Assembly (NCBI GenBank): GCA_963745715.1
Contig: CAVUYN010000002.1
Span: 39,751 to 103,750 of the forward strand
From: an uncultured Acidobacteriota bacterium
Lineage (GTDB): Bacteria; Acidobacteriota; Terriglobia; Terriglobales; Acidobacteriaceae
DNA: 64,000 nucleotides
Direction of reading: 5' to 3'
Part shown: one piece after another, positions 38,501-49,101 of the stretch
Layout: the number at the start of each line of letters is the position of its first letter
Numbering within the stretch: the first letter of the stretch is position 1
The notes under the pieces: model-generated
What the model saw: only the letters and a program-made list of their open reading frames with translations
The model's database searches: none
What the model was told of the DNA's origin: nothing
Translations under genes and position numbers: made by a program

Positions 38501-41500
38501 GTGAAGGGCGAAATCCTCGAACTGAAGAACACCATCAATACGATGGTGGACCAACTCAACGCGTTCGCGGCCGAAGTCACACGCGTAGCCCGCGAAGTCG
38601 GCACCGACGGCAAACTCGGCGGTCAGGCGCAAGTACCCGGCGTAGCAGGAACGTGGAAAGATCTCACCGACAACGTCAACGTCATGGCGGTCAACCTTAC
38701 CGAGCAAGTGCGCGGCATCGTAAAAGTTGTGACCGCGGTCGCCAATGGCGATCTCACCCAGAAGCTGACGGTGAATGCCAAGGGCGAAGTCGCAGCTCTT
38801 GCAGAAACCATCAACAACATGACTGGGACGCTGGCTACGTTCGCGGACCAGGTGACCACGGTGGCTCGCGAGGTTGGCGTGGAAGGCCGACTCGGTGGGC
38901 AGGCGAACGTCCCGGGCGCGGCCGGCACGTGGAAGGACCTGACCGGAAACGTGAACTTACTGGCCGACAATTTGACCAATCAGGTGCGCGCGATCGCGGA
39001 GGTCGCAACGGCTGTAACCAAGGGCGACTTGACACGGTCCATTCAGGTCGAGGCCAGCGGCGAAGTAGCCGAGTTGAAAGACAACATCAACACGATGATC
39101 GACAACCTGCGCCTCACCACAGACCGCAACACGGAACAAGACTGGCTCAAAACCAACTTGGCCAGATTTACCGGAATGTTGCAGGGCCAGCGTGATTTGG
39201 CGACGGTCGGTCGCATGTTGCTTTCTGAGCTTGCGCCACTCGTCAACGCCCAGCAGGGCGTGATTTATCAGATGGAAACCGAAGAATCTGCCGGGATGGT
39301 GTTGCTGTCTGCATTCGCAGATGATGGCGACAACGGGCACCTCCGAAGATTGAAGATCGGCGAAGGACTGGTTGGACAGGTAGCGTCCGAAAAGCGCCGG
39401 ATGTTGATTTCCGATCTTCCGGAAAAAACCGTTCCCATCCGTTCTGGTTTGTTCGAATCAGTTCCCCGAAATGTGATCGTTCTGCCGGTACTGTTCGAGG
39501 ATCGCGTGAAGGCAGTCATTGAGTTGGCGTCACTGAACGCCTTCACCGCATCGCATCTGGCTTTTCTCGAGCAGCTTACGGCCAGCATCGGCATTGTGCT
39601 GAACAGTATCGAAGCTACGATGCAGACCGAAGGTCTGCTGAAACAGTCGCAACAGTTGGCGGCCGAACTCCAGACCCAGCAAAAGGAGCTGCAGCAGACC
39701 AACGAGCAACTGGCGCAAAAGGCGCAACAGCTTGCTGAGCAGAACGTCGAAGTCGAACGTAAGAACCAGGAAATCGAGCAAGCGCGCCGCGCGCTCGAGG
39801 AGAAGGCGAAAGAACTGGCCCTAACTTCGAAGTACAAGTCTGAGTTCCTTGCCAACATGTCTCACGAATTGCGCACGCCGCTGAACTCGATCCTGGTGCT
39901 GGGGCAGCAACTGAGCGAGAATCCTGACCACAACTTGACGCCCAAACAAGTCGAGTTCGCCCGCACAATCCATGGTGCCGGTACAGATTTGCTGAACCTG
40001 ATCAGCGACATTCTCGATCTCTCCAAGATTGAATCTGGAACCGTCTCGGTTGAGGCCGAGGAAGTGTTCTTCTCCAACCTCCTCGAGATGGTTGCTCGGC
40101 CGTTCCGTCATGAAGCGGAAAATCGGCGGCTTGCCTTCGAGGTTCACTCGGATCCCCATCTCACGCGCAGTTTGGTCACAGACTCAAAACGCTTGCAACA
40201 GGTCCTGAAAAATCTGTTATCAAATGCGTTCAAGTTCACTGAGCATGGTTCTGTCCGGCTTTCCGTGTCGGTGGCTACGAAGGGATGGAGCGACGACCAT
40301 CCGATCCTCAGCGGAGCAGCCTCGGTAGTGTCTTTCGAAGTCTCCGATTCGGGTATCGGAATTGCTCCTGATAAGCAGCGCATCATCTTCGAGGCCTTCC
40401 AGCAGGCCGATGCCAGCACGAGTCGTAAATACGGCGGAACCGGCTTGGGCCTTGCCATTAGCCGGGAACTCGCCAGTTTATTGGGCGGGGAAATCCAGCT
40501 TCGCAGCACCCCTGGTCAGGGCAGCACCTTCACGCTTTATCTCCCACTCGCCTACGTCGGTCCATCCGCGTCCAAACTCACTTCGTCAGATTGGAGAGTT
40601 CCAGCGACGCCCCTGAAGCTGTCGAGCATCGTGGTTTCGGAACATCCTGTCGAGCAGATTGCGGATGATCGCCACAATTTGCAGCCCGAAGATGCCGTGC
40701 TGCTCATAGTCGAGGACGATCCACACTACGCGCGTGTTTTGTGCGATCTCTCGCGGGACAAGGGATTCAAAGTACTGGTCGCATTACGCGGTGCCGAAGC
40801 TCTGGCCCTGGCTCGCGAGTTTCATCCTACCGCTGTATCGTTGGACGTGTTCTTGCCGGACATGCTCGGCTGGACAGTTCTGAACCATTTGAAGCAGGAT
40901 CCTGCAACGCGGCACATTCCCGTTCAGATGCTGACTCTCGATGAAGACCGGCATCACGGATTAGCTCGCGGTGCATTTGCTTTTGTAAACAAGCCATCCA
41001 GTCCGGTAGAACTCGAATCTGCCCTTACGAGGATCAAGCAGTATGCCGCCCCGCGCCGCAAACGCTTAATGATCGTGGAAGACAATCCAGCGGAACAGCT
41101 CAGCATTCGCGAACTGCTGGGCCACGACGACATTGATGTCATTGTGGCATCCAGCGGCGCAGAAGCATTGGATCTGGTGGCGAAGGAGTCGTTCGACTGC
41201 GTCGTGCTTGACTTGCGATTGCCCGATATGACGGGCTTCGACATTCTCGAACGGCTTCGCGATATTCCCGCCATGCGCGACCTGCCAGTTGTCGTTTTTA
41301 CCGGCAAGGAATTGTCTTCCGAAGAAGATGCGCGTCTCCATACACTCGCCCGCAGTGTGGTCGTGAAGGGCGTCGAGTCGCCTGAACGATTGCTCGATGA
41401 AACCGCCCTCTTCCTGCACCGGGTGGTCTCGGATCTTCCGCAGGAGAAGCAGAAGATGCTCGATCGACTCCATCGATCGGATGAGGCCCTGGTCGGCAAG

Positions 41501-41863
41501 AAAGTGCTTGTCGTCGATGACGATATGCGCAACATCTTTGCCCTCAGCAGCGTCCTGGAGCGCCGTGGAATGGCGGTCCTTACGGCTGGGACGGGCAGAG
41601 AGGCAATCGCAATGCTGGAATCGACCCCTGATGTCGCAATCGTCTTGATGGACATCATGATGCCTGAGATGGATGGATACGCGACCATGCAAGTGATCCG
41701 CCAGAATGCGTCATTCCGCCGCCTGCCGATCATTGCCCTGACCGCGAAAGCGATGAAAGGCGATCGTGAGAAATGCCTGGAGGCCGGTGCGTCGGAGTAC
41801 CTGGCGAAGCCGGTCAATACAGAGCAGTTGCTCTCGGCGTTACGTATGTGGCTTCACCGATGA
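35555..41863 (+). CDS. 2102-aa cytoplasmic hybrid histidine kinase: poly-HAMP array - GAF - HisKA/HATPase - 3x REC
   Basis: There is no hydrophobic N-terminal helix. 92-aa HAMP-type units repeat (..[48 protein letters not shown]..). A GAF-like region follows. H-box [11 protein letters not shown] (His1437). N/G boxes [16 protein letters not shown] and GTGLGLAIS. Three receiver segments span about nt 40694-41850. Confidence 0.9.
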   Translation: MKRSVVNQVAPNAEALPAAPKNNGKPKVSDESLDLTVILASLQSMRDGDFAVRLPGTWVGLAGKVADTFNEIVAANQHMAQELRRVGQVVGKQGKTRERTRFHESRGAWGEMEVSVNTLVEDLLRPTAEVTRAIAAVAQGDLTQTVRLDVDGRPLEGEFLRSANLVNTMIQQLGVFTAEVTRVAREVGTEGKLGGQAQVPDVAGTWKDLTDNVNLMASNLTGQVRNIAEVATAVASGDLSRKITVDVRGEILQLKEAINTMVDQLRSFASEVTRVAREVGTDGKLGGQAVVPGVAGTWKDLTDSVNAMAGNLTAQVRNIAEVTTAVARGDLSRKITVDVKGEILELKDTINTMVDQLNAFAGEVTRVAREVGTEGKLGGQAQVFGVGGTWKDLTDNVNFMASNLTGQVRNIAEVATAIASGDLSRKITVDVRGEILQLKETLNTMVDQLNRFAGEVTRVAREVGTEGRLGGQANVPGVAGTWKDLTDSVNSMAGNLTGQVRNIAEVTTAVARGDLSRKITVDVKGEILELKNTINTMVDQLNAFAGEVTRVAREVGTEGKLGGQAQVPGVAGTWKDLTDNVNFMASNLTGQVRNIAEVATAVARGDLSRKITVDVKGEILELKDTINTMVDQLRSFASEVTRVAREVGTDGKLGGQAQVPGVGGTWKDLTDSVNSMASNLTGQVRNIAEVSTAIASGDLSKKITVNVSGEILLLKETINTMVDQLNAFAAEVTRVAREVGSEGKLGGQAQVPGVAGTWKDLTDSVNSMAGNLTGQVRNIAEVTTAVARGDLSRKITVDVKGEILELKNTINTMVDQLNAFAGEVTRVAREVGTDGKLGGQAQVPGVAGTWKDLTDNVNFMASNLTGQVRNIAEVATAIANGDLSKKITVDVRGEILQLKETLNTMVEQLRSFAAEVTRVAREVGSEGRLGGQANVPGVAGTWKDLTDSVNAMAGNLTGQVRNIAEVTTAVARGDLSRKITVDVKGEILELKNTINTMVDQLNAFAAEVTRVAREVGTDGKLGGQAQVPGVAGTWKDLTDNVNVMAVNLTEQVRGIVKVVTAVANGDLTQKLTVNAKGEVAALAETINNMTGTLATFADQVTTVAREVGVEGRLGGQANVPGAAGTWKDLTGNVNLLADNLTNQVRAIAEVATAVTKGDLTRSIQVEASGEVAELKDNINTMIDNLRLTTDRNTEQDWLKTNLARFTGMLQGQRDLATVGRMLLSELAPLVNAQQGVIYQMETEESAGMVLLSAFADDGDNGHLRRLKIGEGLVGQVASEKRRMLISDLPEKTVPIRSGLFESVPRNVIVLPVLFEDRVKAVIELASLNAFTASHLAFLEQLTASIGIVLNSIEATMQTEGLLKQSQQLAAELQTQQKELQQTNEQLAQKAQQLAEQNVEVERKNQEIEQARRALEEKAKELALTSKYKSEFLANMSHELRTPLNSILVLGQQLSENPDHNLTPKQVEFARTIHGAGTDLLNLISDILDLSKIESGTVSVEAEEVFFSNLLEMVARPFRHEAENRRLAFEVHSDPHLTRSLVTDSKRLQQVLKNLLSNAFKFTEHGSVRLSVSVATKGWSDDHPILSGAASVVSFEVSDSGIGIAPDKQRIIFEAFQQADASTSRKYGGTGLGLAISRELASLLGGEIQLRSTPGQGSTFTLYLPLAYVGPSASKLTSSDWRVPATPLKLSSIVVSEHPVEQIADDRHNLQPEDAVLLIVEDDPHYARVLCDLSRDKGFKVLVALRGAEALALAREFHPTAVSLDVFLPDMLGWTVLNHLKQDPATRHIPVQMLTLDEDRHHGLARGAFAFVNKPSSPVELESALTRIKQYAAPRRKRLMIVEDNPAEQLSIRELLGHDDIDVIVASSGAEALDLVAKESFDCVVLDLRLPDMTGFDILERLRDIPAMRDLPVVVFTGKELSSEEDARLHTLARSVVVKGVESPERLLDETALFLHRVVSDLPQEKQKMLDRLHRSDEALVGKKVLVVDDDMRNIFALSSVLERRGMAVLTAGTGREAIAMLESTPDVAIVLMDIMMPEMDGYATMQVIRQNASFRRLPIIALTAKAMKGDREKCLEAGASEYLAKPVNTEQLLSALRMWLHR
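36080..39115 (+). repeat. 11 tandem in-frame 276-nt units (intragenic, coding)
   Basis: Each unit starts with a TTC Phe codon, at 36080, 36356, 36632, 36908, 37184, 37460, 37736, 38012, 38288, 38564 and 38840. There are no indels between units. One more degenerate unit lies upstream. Confidence 0.9.
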
Positions 41864-43545
41864 GTACTGTTCCGAGCATCGGCGGCAACTTCAAGCCGGT
41901 TAAAATCGGATCAACTGAGTCGTCTGAGAAGGTGGAGGTAATGAGCGCCCACGATAGAGTCAACATTTTGATGGTAGACGACCAGCCGGGCAAACTGCTC
42001 AGCTACGAAGCCATCTTGGGTGAGCTAGGGGAGAACCTGATCAAGGCTACGTCTGCCAAGGAGGCTCTCGAAAAACTGCTGAAAACTGATGTCGCGGCCG
42101 TGCTGATGGATGTGAGCATGCCGGACATTGATGGCTTCGAACTCGCTGAGATTATCCGCCAGCATCCCCGCTTTCAGAAAACAGCGATCATCTTCATTTC
42201 AGCCGTGCATTTGACCGATCTCGACCGTCTCAAAGGATACCAGCACGGGGCGGTGGATTATCTCTCAGTTCCAATTGTTCCGGAAGTGCTTCGAGCCAAA
42301 GTGCGCGTATTTGCGGAACTGCACCGGAAAAAACAACAGCTCGAGCGCTTGAATAGCGAACTCGAACAGCGGGTAGCGGACCGGACCCGGGAACTGGAAC
42401 TAAAAGCCGTTGCTCTACAGCAACTCAACGGTGACCTGGCCCAAAAAAATCAGGAACTGGATGCAATCGTGCATACCGCTCCCGACATCATCTTCAGCCG
42501 GCAGGCCGACGGCACCAGAGATTACATCAGCAGCCGCTTTTACGAGTACACCGGCGCGCCGGCCGGTTCGGCAGTCGGGTTAGGCTGGATGGAGTACTTG
42601 CACCCTGACGACAAAGAAACGAGTCTTACGCACTGGATGCGTTGCGTGCAGTCCGGTGAGACCTATGAATCCGAATATCGGCTACGCGGGCTTGACTCGC
42701 AATATCGATGGTTTCGCGCCCGAGCGGTGCCGCTGCGTGATGGGCAGGGAGGCATACTCAAGTGGTACGGGACGTGTTCTGACATCCATGACAGCAAGCT
42801 GCTGGAGCAATCGATCCGCGACAGCGCGATTGAGCTTGAGCGAGTGGTAGAAATCAGGACGGCTGAGCTCAGGCGACTCTCCAACCGGCTGATGACCTTG
42901 CAGGACGAAGAACGTCGCCGGATCGCGCGAGAAATTCATGATGGTTTGGGTCAGGAACTAGCTGCCGCCAAGATGATTCTGGACGGAATCCTGGCCAAGG
43001 ATTCGTCGCCTTCTACGCGGAAGGTCTCCGCGGAAGCGAGTCAACTGGTGGATCGGGCAATCCAGCAAGTGCGCACCATCTCCCACCTGCTGCACCCTCC
43101 CCTCTTGGACGAAGTCGGGCTTGTTTCCGCCCTCCGATGGTTTCTCGAGGGGTTGTCAGAACGGAGTGGAATCAAGGTCCGACTGGATGTGGATCCCCCT
43201 GACCTCGGCCGGCTTAAGTCAGAACTGGAGACCGCAATCTTCCGCATCGTGCAGGAAGCCCTCACCAACATGTTTCGGCACTCCGGGGCGCACAATGGCA
43301 GCGTTAGCGTGGTCGAAAAAGAAGGGCGCATTATGGTTACCGTGCGCGATGACGGGAAAGGAATCGAAGAGCAAGTAATTCAGTTGCGTCCGGAGAGCGT
43401 CGGAGTCGGCATCGGCGGAATGCGGCAACGAGTTACCGAGCTTGGCGGCAGTTTGCGCCTGGCAAATGCCAATCCCGGGACAATCGTCGAAGTCGTAATC
43501 CCGGCCCGTCGACATGGGCCGGTCTCAGTACCCGTTACCGCTTGA
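41860..43545 (+). CDS. REC - coiled coil - PAS - HisKA_3/HATPase sensor kinase
   Basis: The ATG at 41860 overlaps the upstream stop (ATGA); an alternative ATG is at 41941. REC motif [14 protein letters not shown]-box [14 protein letters not shown]. ATPase boxes [14 protein letters not shown] and [11 protein letters not shown]. Confidence 0.85.
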   Translation: MSTVPSIGGNFKPVKIGSTESSEKVEVMSAHDRVNILMVDDQPGKLLSYEAILGELGENLIKATSAKEALEKLLKTDVAAVLMDVSMPDIDGFELAEIIRQHPRFQKTAIIFISAVHLTDLDRLKGYQHGAVDYLSVPIVPEVLRAKVRVFAELHRKKQQLERLNSELEQRVADRTRELELKAVALQQLNGDLAQKNQELDAIVHTAPDIIFSRQADGTRDYISSRFYEYTGAPAGSAVGLGWMEYLHPDDKETSLTHWMRCVQSGETYESEYRLRGLDSQYRWFRARAVPLRDGQGGILKWYGTCSDIHDSKLLEQSIRDSAIELERVVEIRTAELRRLSNRLMTLQDEERRRIAREIHDGLGQELAAAKMILDGILAKDSSPSTRKVSAEASQLVDRAIQQVRTISHLLHPPLLDEVGLVSALRWFLEGLSERSGIKVRLDVDPPDLGRLKSELETAIFRIVQEALTNMFRHSGAHNGSVSVVEKEGRIMVTVRDDGKGIEEQVIQLRPESVGVGIGGMRQRVTELGGSLRLANANPGTIVEVVIPARRHGPVSVPVTA

Positions 43546-43583
43546 CCCTCCGCGTGTCACATTCTGTTTCGCGATGACGTTCG

Positions 43584-43982
43584 TCACGCCGCCTTTCGTT
43601 TTTCCACTTTATCCTCTTCAGCATGAATTTCAACCTGCTCATGTTTGATGTCGAGACGCAGGCGGTTATAGATACTCATGTACTGATTCGCGACCCAGAC
43701 CAGGGAAAAGAAAGCTACGAGGTACCCTCGCCAGTCAGGGAAGAGCAATTTGTACCGCGCAACAAACAGCATTCCCGCCGATACGTAGTGACTGAAACAA
43801 TATTCGCAAGTGAACAGATAAAAGAATTTGCGGCGCACGAAGCTCGGTGCCTGAGTGCATTGCTGCTGACAATATTGTCGTGGCTCGCGGAAGACCTCTT
43901 CATGCGTCACTGTCCAGGCGATGCACGCTACCGGAATAGCGAGTAGAAGAAGCCATGCAACCTGAAGCCCCAGTGCCATCAT
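43584..43982 (-). CDS. hypothetical integral membrane protein (possibly DUF1360-like)
   Basis: Starts at MMALGLQVAWLLLLAIPV. It has three or four hydrophobic segments and a CEYCFSHYVS motif. The upstream 55 residues of the listed ORF look non-coding. Confidence 0.4.
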   Translation of the reverse strand: MMALGLQVAWLLLLAIPVACIAWTVTHEEVFREPRQYCQQQCTQAPSFVRRKFFYLFTCEYCFSHYVSAGMLFVARYKLLFPDWRGYLVAFFSLVWVANQYMSIYNRLRLDIKHEQVEIHAEEDKVEKRKAA

Positions 43983-44378
43983 GGTCAAGTTGGATGCCAA
44001 AAAACCGCGATCGTCGCTCCAACCTGTTTGCTCAGAACTGAAATAGAGCAATGATGGCAAATCCGCAAAGGCTCGCGAACGTACCGCGAGCGATCGGCAT
44101 GAACGCAATCGAGTCTGGACAATATGCCCCTGCGAACATCGCCCCATCCCTTTTGTGACTACTTTGTGACTACAACATCAAGGCCAGATGCCCTAGGTGT
44201 TTTCCCTGATTCTGCGCGACACGTTTTTGTTAGTAATCTTCAAGGTGCGAGGATGCGGGCGGACATATCCGATATGGAGTGACTGCACACGGCGGCCCTC
44301 GTCGGGCCTTTGCAGTTTGACTGACCTGGAAGCCGTCTTTGCCCGTCCGTATCCGCATTTCTTTCTGCCGCATTACTA

Positions 44379-44405
44379 GGAACTCCTCAAAGCGCTAAGG
44401 CGTCC
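44379..44405 (+). promoter_or_regulatory. ECF-type promoter-like motif GGAAC-N17-CGTCC
   Basis: Read directly, about 120 nt upstream of the BON lipoprotein ATG. It is a single occurrence with no supporting alignment. Confidence 0.25.
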
Positions 44406-44527
44406 ATTCGATTGTCCCCAACAGCAGTCAGGCTTGATTCTCAGAGATGAGTCGATCTTGCGTCGCAATGGCCGGCTCGCTCCGGCCATTTGCAGGCATG
44501 GGTCGCATAAATGATCAAAGGAGAACT

Positions 44528-45073
44528 ATGAGATCACCAAAGACCATTGCAATTGGATTGATAGCTCTTGCACTTGCCTTGACCATCGCGTGCTCGGATC
44601 GGCAAAAAGCGCCTGATGTCTCCAGCGATATCCGTCATGCGCTGGATCAGGCTGGCCTTAACGATGTGAGAGTGAGCCAGGACCGCGATAAGGGTGTCGT
44701 GAGTCTCACTGGTAGCGTCGCCACTGACGATGACAAGGCGAGAGCAGAATCCGTTGCCCGCTCGATTGCAGGCACGGAAGTCGTCTCCAATGAGATTGGC
44801 GTGCGACCCAAGGGCGACGATGGAACTGCAAAGAAGGTTGACTCCGATCTCGACTCCGGCATCGACAAGAATCTAAGCGCGATGCTGGTGCAACACAAAC
44901 TGAAACGAGATGTGCGGTACGACGTGAACAACGGTGTGGTGACTCTGAAGGGTGACGTTCCATCCCAGGCGCAACGCGCATCTGTGGAGAAGCTCGCTGG
45001 ACAAGTACCGAATGTAAAGCAAGTGGTAAATGAACTCGAAGTCAAGAATCAAAAGGCGACTACAACGAAATAG
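44528..45073 (+). CDS. lipoprotein with two BON domains
   Basis: AGGAG precedes the ATG at 44528. Lipobox LTIAC. There are two BON repeats (..VSLTGSVATDDDKARAESVA.. and ..VTLKGDVPSQAQRASVEKLA..). Confidence 0.8.
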   Translation: MRSPKTIAIGLIALALALTIACSDRQKAPDVSSDIRHALDQAGLNDVRVSQDRDKGVVSLTGSVATDDDKARAESVARSIAGTEVVSNEIGVRPKGDDGTAKKVDSDLDSGIDKNLSAMLVQHKLKRDVRYDVNNGVVTLKGDVPSQAQRASVEKLAGQVPNVKQVVNELEVKNQKATTTK

Positions 45074-45099
45074 GGGTCTTGCAAGCAGAACACACGATA

Positions 45100-45132
45100 A
45101 AGGCCTGCTTCGGAAGCCACGAAGTAGGCCTT
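45100..45132. terminator. 13-bp stem-loop (one mismatch) downstream of the BON lipoprotein gene
   Basis: AAGGCCTGCTTCG-gaagcca-CGAAGTAGGCCTT. The T-tract is weak, so terminator function is uncertain. Confidence 0.35.
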
Positions 45133-45277
45133 GTAACATGACGGCGGCCAGCAACGGTCGTCCCGTTCGCGGTATTGCTTGTCGGAAGAGATGCAAACAC
45201 AGATGTAACCAAGCTAATGGCAAGGGGACACGAATCCCATCAGCGTATTCGTGGACCCGGTCAATTAGCGCAGCTGG

Positions 45278-45451
45278 CTACCGGACCGCTCGGCGCCGAC
45301 CCAGATGGGTAATCAGAGAAATCAGGAACAGCACCAGAAAAACGACAAACAGTAACTTCGCAATGCCCGCAGCTGCAACCGCTATGCCTGTGAAACCCAA
45401 CAACCCGGAAATCAATGCCACAACCAGGAAAACCAGCGCCCAGTAAAGCAT
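45278..45451 (-). CDS. UPF0391/DUF1328 small membrane protein (57 aa; not in the ORF track)
   Basis: GGAGG lies upstream. Translation [57 protein letters not shown]. Confidence 0.75.
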   Translation of the reverse strand: MLYWALVFLVVALISGLLGFTGIAVAAAGIAKLLFVVFLVLFLISLITHLGRRRAVR

Positions 45452-45894
45452 AAATGTCCTCCAAGTCGGATTTTGCTCTATCGGTAACCGTATCGAGTGC
45501 GGTGGACTTTCATCGATCCCTAGGAATATGTATGCAGCCTACTTGCATTCCGTACCTGATTGATTGGCCCTTTTGGAAGGAGCAGGTGCCGGTCCGTCCC
45601 AGAGGATCGGCACCCGCTTGGGGGGCGTTGTGTCGAGTAGAGATTGCAGACTAGTTGGAGCGTGGCCAGCTCACAATACGGTGAAACCTGTAGGTCTCGG
45701 CGTTAAACCCTCCAGTCGTGGTGCAAAACTAGCGGTAGTCCACCTCATAATGAGGTCGCATTCATCAGGGAAGTTCTCCTGTTCTTTACTGCCTCTTCTG
45801 GATAGAAGCAAATTCCGCTAAAAGATAGCCTCATGCCTGCAAGTCAGAGTCAATGGGCACGTGGTGCTCACCTTGGGCACAGAAGAGGAACAAA

Positions 45895-46656
45895 ATGAAA
45901 AGATTTTCTTCCGCATCGTCAAGATGTCTTCTGGTATTGAGCATTTGTTCAATGTTTGTCGGCGTGAGTTGGTCCGCTGACAAGGAAGAGTCAGATATCA
46001 ACAAGCGTATCGATAACGCCGCAAAAGTTCTGAACGAGATCATGGCCACGCCCGATAAAGCGATTCCAGACAAGGTCATGAGAGACGCGAAGTGCGTCGC
46101 GGTGATTCCTTCGATGGTCAAAATTGCGGTCGGTTTCGGCGGTAACCATGGCAAAGGCGTAGCCACGTGCCGCACTGGTGCTGGTTGGAGTGCACCCGCT
46201 CCAATCACGATTACCGGAGGCAGTTGGGGTCTTCAGCTGGGAGGCCAAGCGATAGATCTGGTGATGATCGTCACGAATCAAGCCGGAATGGACCACCTTC
46301 TTTCTAGCAAGTTCAAACTCGGTGCAGACGCGTCGGCCGCAGCGGGCCCTGTGGGGCGCGATGCCGCCGCTGATACCGACATCAAGATGCGATCGGAAGT
46401 GTTGACCTACTCGCGCGCTCGCGGGCTGTTTGCAGGCGTGGACCTGAGTGGAGCTGCCATTACTCAAGATAAAGACGAGACCCGGTTGCTTTACGGGAAG
46501 TTTGTGCCTTTCACGGAAATTTTGAGCGGAAAGGTTGAGCCAACGTCCTCGAGCCAGCCCTTTCTTTCGGCGGTGAAGCGCTATTCTGCCCAAAGTAAAG
46601 AAAAAGAAACCAGCATGAATAACAGCGACCCAGGAAGTCCGTCAGCAACGAAGTGA
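45895..46656 (+). CDS. SYLF (DUF500/Ysc84-like) lipid-binding domain protein, secreted
   Basis: GAGGA precedes the ATG at 45895, and a signal peptide follows. Motifs AKCVAVIPSMVKIAVGFGGNHGKGV, GGSWGLQLGGQ and FKLGADASAAAGPVGR. Confidence 0.8.
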   Translation: MKRFSSASSRCLLVLSICSMFVGVSWSADKEESDINKRIDNAAKVLNEIMATPDKAIPDKVMRDAKCVAVIPSMVKIAVGFGGNHGKGVATCRTGAGWSAPAPITITGGSWGLQLGGQAIDLVMIVTNQAGMDHLLSSKFKLGADASAAAGPVGRDAAADTDIKMRSEVLTYSRARGLFAGVDLSGAAITQDKDETRLLYGKFVPFTEILSGKVEPTSSSQPFLSAVKRYSAQSKEKETSMNNSDPGSPSATK

Positions 46657-46714
46657 CTGTGTAACCGCGCTTTGGACTAAAGCAAGTCAAATCTGACTCC
46701 AAAAGGGAGGAGTT

Positions 46715-46867
46715 ATGTACACGATTCTTCTGGTGGTACTCATTCTGTTATTGCTCGGCGCTTTGCCAACGTGGCCTTACAGCCGCGCCTGGGGATACTA
46801 CCCCAGTGGCGGACTAGGTCTGGTCGTGGTGGTGGTGCTCGTATTGCTTCTTGCTGGCCGCTTATGA
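46715..46867 (+). CDS. DUF3309 family small membrane protein (50 aa; not in the ORF track)
   Basis: GGGAGG lies upstream. Translation MYTILLVVLILLLLGALPTWPYSRAWGYYPSGGLGLVVVVVLVLLLAGRL. Confidence 0.75.
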   Translation: MYTILLVVLILLLLGALPTWPYSRAWGYYPSGGLGLVVVVVLVLLLAGRL

Positions 46868-46918
46868 CGGCCAGTGGTTCGCTACCTTTCGTTGAAGTTG
46901 ATCGATCTTGAGGCGCCA

Positions 46919-46958
46919 AACAATGGTGGGAACAAAAATCTCCCACCATTGTTTTTTG
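46919..46958 (+). terminator. strong rho-independent terminator
   Basis: AACAATGGTGGGA-acaaaaatc-TCCCACCATTGTT followed by TTTTT. Confidence 0.85.
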
Positions 46959-47477
46959 TACGCGGTCAGAGCAGCGGGCAGAAATTGACTGGTACCGCAC
47001 GCATCACGGGGGAGGACCAGTGCTGTTGCAAGTCGGTGAGGAGTAAGTTATATCGAGCCACCAAAATTCTGTTTACAACGGCGAGTCCTTATTGCAAATA
47101 TCATCCCGCAACTTGTCCACTTGTCGTTATCTGCCCGACGGGCGGCCATCATTGGGACCCAGAATCCAAGTCTCGAGAGTTCCACCTCTACTAGGCCACC
47201 CGTGTCAATCGGTTTGTTCCCCTACAGAGGAGAAATTCTTCATCTAACTTCCCGGTCCGAAATCTGCATTGTCGGCGGATTTCGGATTTTCTGTAGAAAT
47301 TGCGTAGCCCAACCTTCTAGAGCCTTAGAACTCACTCGAAAGGCTTACAGACTCTCCTGCAAGTGTTTACAGATGTGACCTGATGGGAGAATTGCCCTCC
47401 TTTTTTTACTCTGTGATCCATGTTCGCGATGTTGGCTGCAGGCGAACAACTTTCAGGAGCCCCGAAGGAGACCAACC

Positions 47478-48179
47478 GTGGCGACTTGTGCGATCTCTGC
47501 GACAGAAACGAATGTCATCCCCGCGACCAGCGTCAAGGGCCGTGACGATTCCCAGATTAACCTGGTAAAACGCGCGCAGGCGGGCGATGAACACGCATTT
47601 GCAACGCTGTTCCAGCAGCATAAGAACCGTGTTTACTCAGTATGCCTTCTCATGACCAAGGATGTTGCCGAGGCCGAAGATCTGACCCAGGAAGCTTTCC
47701 TGCAGGTGTTTCGAACGGTCAGCTCGTTTCGAGGCGACGCAGCCTTTTCTACTTGGCTGTACCGTGTGGCGGTCAATACGGTGTTGATGAAGCTCCGCCG
47801 GCGCAAATCGCCTCCCACAGTTTCTCTCGACGAGCCAGTCAACTCCGAGTCTCCTTCGCTGCACAGAGATTTCGGTAAGAATGATCCAGAACTCACAGGC
47901 GTCGTTGATCGTATTGCTTTGCGTCGCGCACTCCTGGAGCTGCCGGAAGGCTGCCGAACGATTTTTGCTCTGCATGAAGTTGAAGGCTATCAGCACCATG
48001 AGATCGCTCAATTGCTTGAGTGCTCTATTGGTAACTCGAAGTCTCAGCTCCACAAAGCAAAACTAAAAATGCGCGCCCTGCTGTTCCCAAAGACCAGGAT
48101 CCGACGTCGTATCGCCAAGAACAATGCGAATCTGCGGGAGTCGGGCACAATGAGTTTCGCGAAAGCGCCTGCAAAATAG
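47478..48179 (+). CDS. ECF (RpoE-like) sigma factor
   Basis: GTG start. Region 2 DAEDLTQEAFLQVFR and FSTWLYRVAVNTVLMKLRRRK. Region 4 GYQHHEIAQLLECSIGNSKSQLHKAKLKMR. No recognisable anti-sigma gene lies downstream. Confidence 0.85.
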   Translation: MATCAISATETNVIPATSVKGRDDSQINLVKRAQAGDEHAFATLFQQHKNRVYSVCLLMTKDVAEAEDLTQEAFLQVFRTVSSFRGDAAFSTWLYRVAVNTVLMKLRRRKSPPTVSLDEPVNSESPSLHRDFGKNDPELTGVVDRIALRRALLELPEGCRTIFALHEVEGYQHHEIAQLLECSIGNSKSQLHKAKLKMRALLFPKTRIRRRIAKNNANLRESGTMSFAKAPAK

Positions 48180-48699
48180 AAGCGCGTTGCAACGGACAAA
48201 CTCTCGCTCGGGTCCTCGACGGGGTTCTGGGAAGGTGTCGCTACCTACATGAGAATTATCTCCGAGTACGTGAGTGCCTATCGTGGACACGGCGTGCCAT
48301 TGCCCTCTCTCGTGAGCCGGTCGGCGAAATTTGGCCTCAGCTTGTTGCCGGGCCTTGCCACCGCGGCTGCGATCGAGCAGAAGATTACGGGTAGCGACAA
48401 GGGAATCTGGTAGGTTCGTGCCCACAAAGGGACCGGTTGCGGGTTGTCAGTTCAGACTCTACTGGTTTTGCTGGATTGTTGCGCTTGGACAGCAAGCCTA
48501 ACGTCCTCAATAAGGGTTCAAAGGTTCTGGCTCACGGTTTACGCTAACAATCACTTGCGAGGCGCACTCCCGGGTGGCGCGAGCTTGGGCGCAAGAAGAT
48601 TATGCTTGGATTCCGTTTCAAGGTCTTTTTGAGCGAAAGCTCTTTTGATCTGCCGCACATGATTTGCAGTGGCTGTTTGGTAAGCGGGGAGGCCTTGGT

Positions 48700-49101
48700 G
48701 TGATCCGTATTTTGTTGGTTGATGACAATCCCGCGGTGCGGCGGTATTTACGAGCAATTCTCGAACAGCAGGAGTCGTGGCACGTGTGCGGTGAGGCACG
48801 AACTGGCGCCGAAGCCTTGCACCAGGTACTCGAGGCCCCTCCCGACCTCGTCGTTCTCGACTATCAGATGCCGGACTTGAACGGAGTCGATGTCGCCAAG
48901 CAGATCTGCGAGATGTTTCCCAAAATCCCGATTCTGATGGTCACTCTCCATCTCTCGAAACAGTTAGCCGACGCTGCCCGCGAAGCAGGGGTGCGCGGAG
49001 CCTGCGCCAAACAGGACATTGGATCGGTGGTCGAAGCAGTAGACGTACTGTTGCACGATAAGACTTATTTCCCTGTGATCACGACCGGTCAGAGCGCTTG
49101 A
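48700..49101 (+). CDS. stand-alone NarL-type receiver (REC only)
   Basis: GGGGAGG lies 7 nt upstream of the GTG at 48700. Sequence IRILLVDDNPAVRRYLRAILEQQESWHVCGEARTGAEAL...LVVLDYQMPDLNG. There is no HTH. Confidence 0.8.
   Translation: MIRILLVDDNPAVRRYLRAILEQQESWHVCGEARTGAEALHQVLEAPPDLVVLDYQMPDLNGVDVAKQICEMFPKIPILMVTLHLSKQLADAAREAGVRGACAKQDIGSVVEAVDVLLHDKTYFPVITTGQSA

Noticed and set aside
36064-38979. Many 60-200-aa minus-strand ORFs with repetitive sequences (for example 36131..36700, 37447..37989, 37999..38613).
   Set aside because: They are antisense shadow frames of the poly-HAMP repeat. They repeat with the same 276-nt period, have Arg/Ser/Thr-rich junk composition, and lie fully inside an intact 6.3-kb ORF with clear domain content.
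36080-39115. The regular 276-nt periodicity could suggest a CRISPR or satellite array.
   Set aside because: There is no repeat/spacer alternation. The whole stretch is one open reading frame, and differences are concentrated at third codon positions. It is a coding domain repeat.
48249-48413. A 54-codon ORF just downstream of the ECF sigma gene, considered as a possible mini anti-sigma factor.
   Set aside because: It has no zf-HC2 or other anti-sigma motif, no TM, and no convincing RBS.
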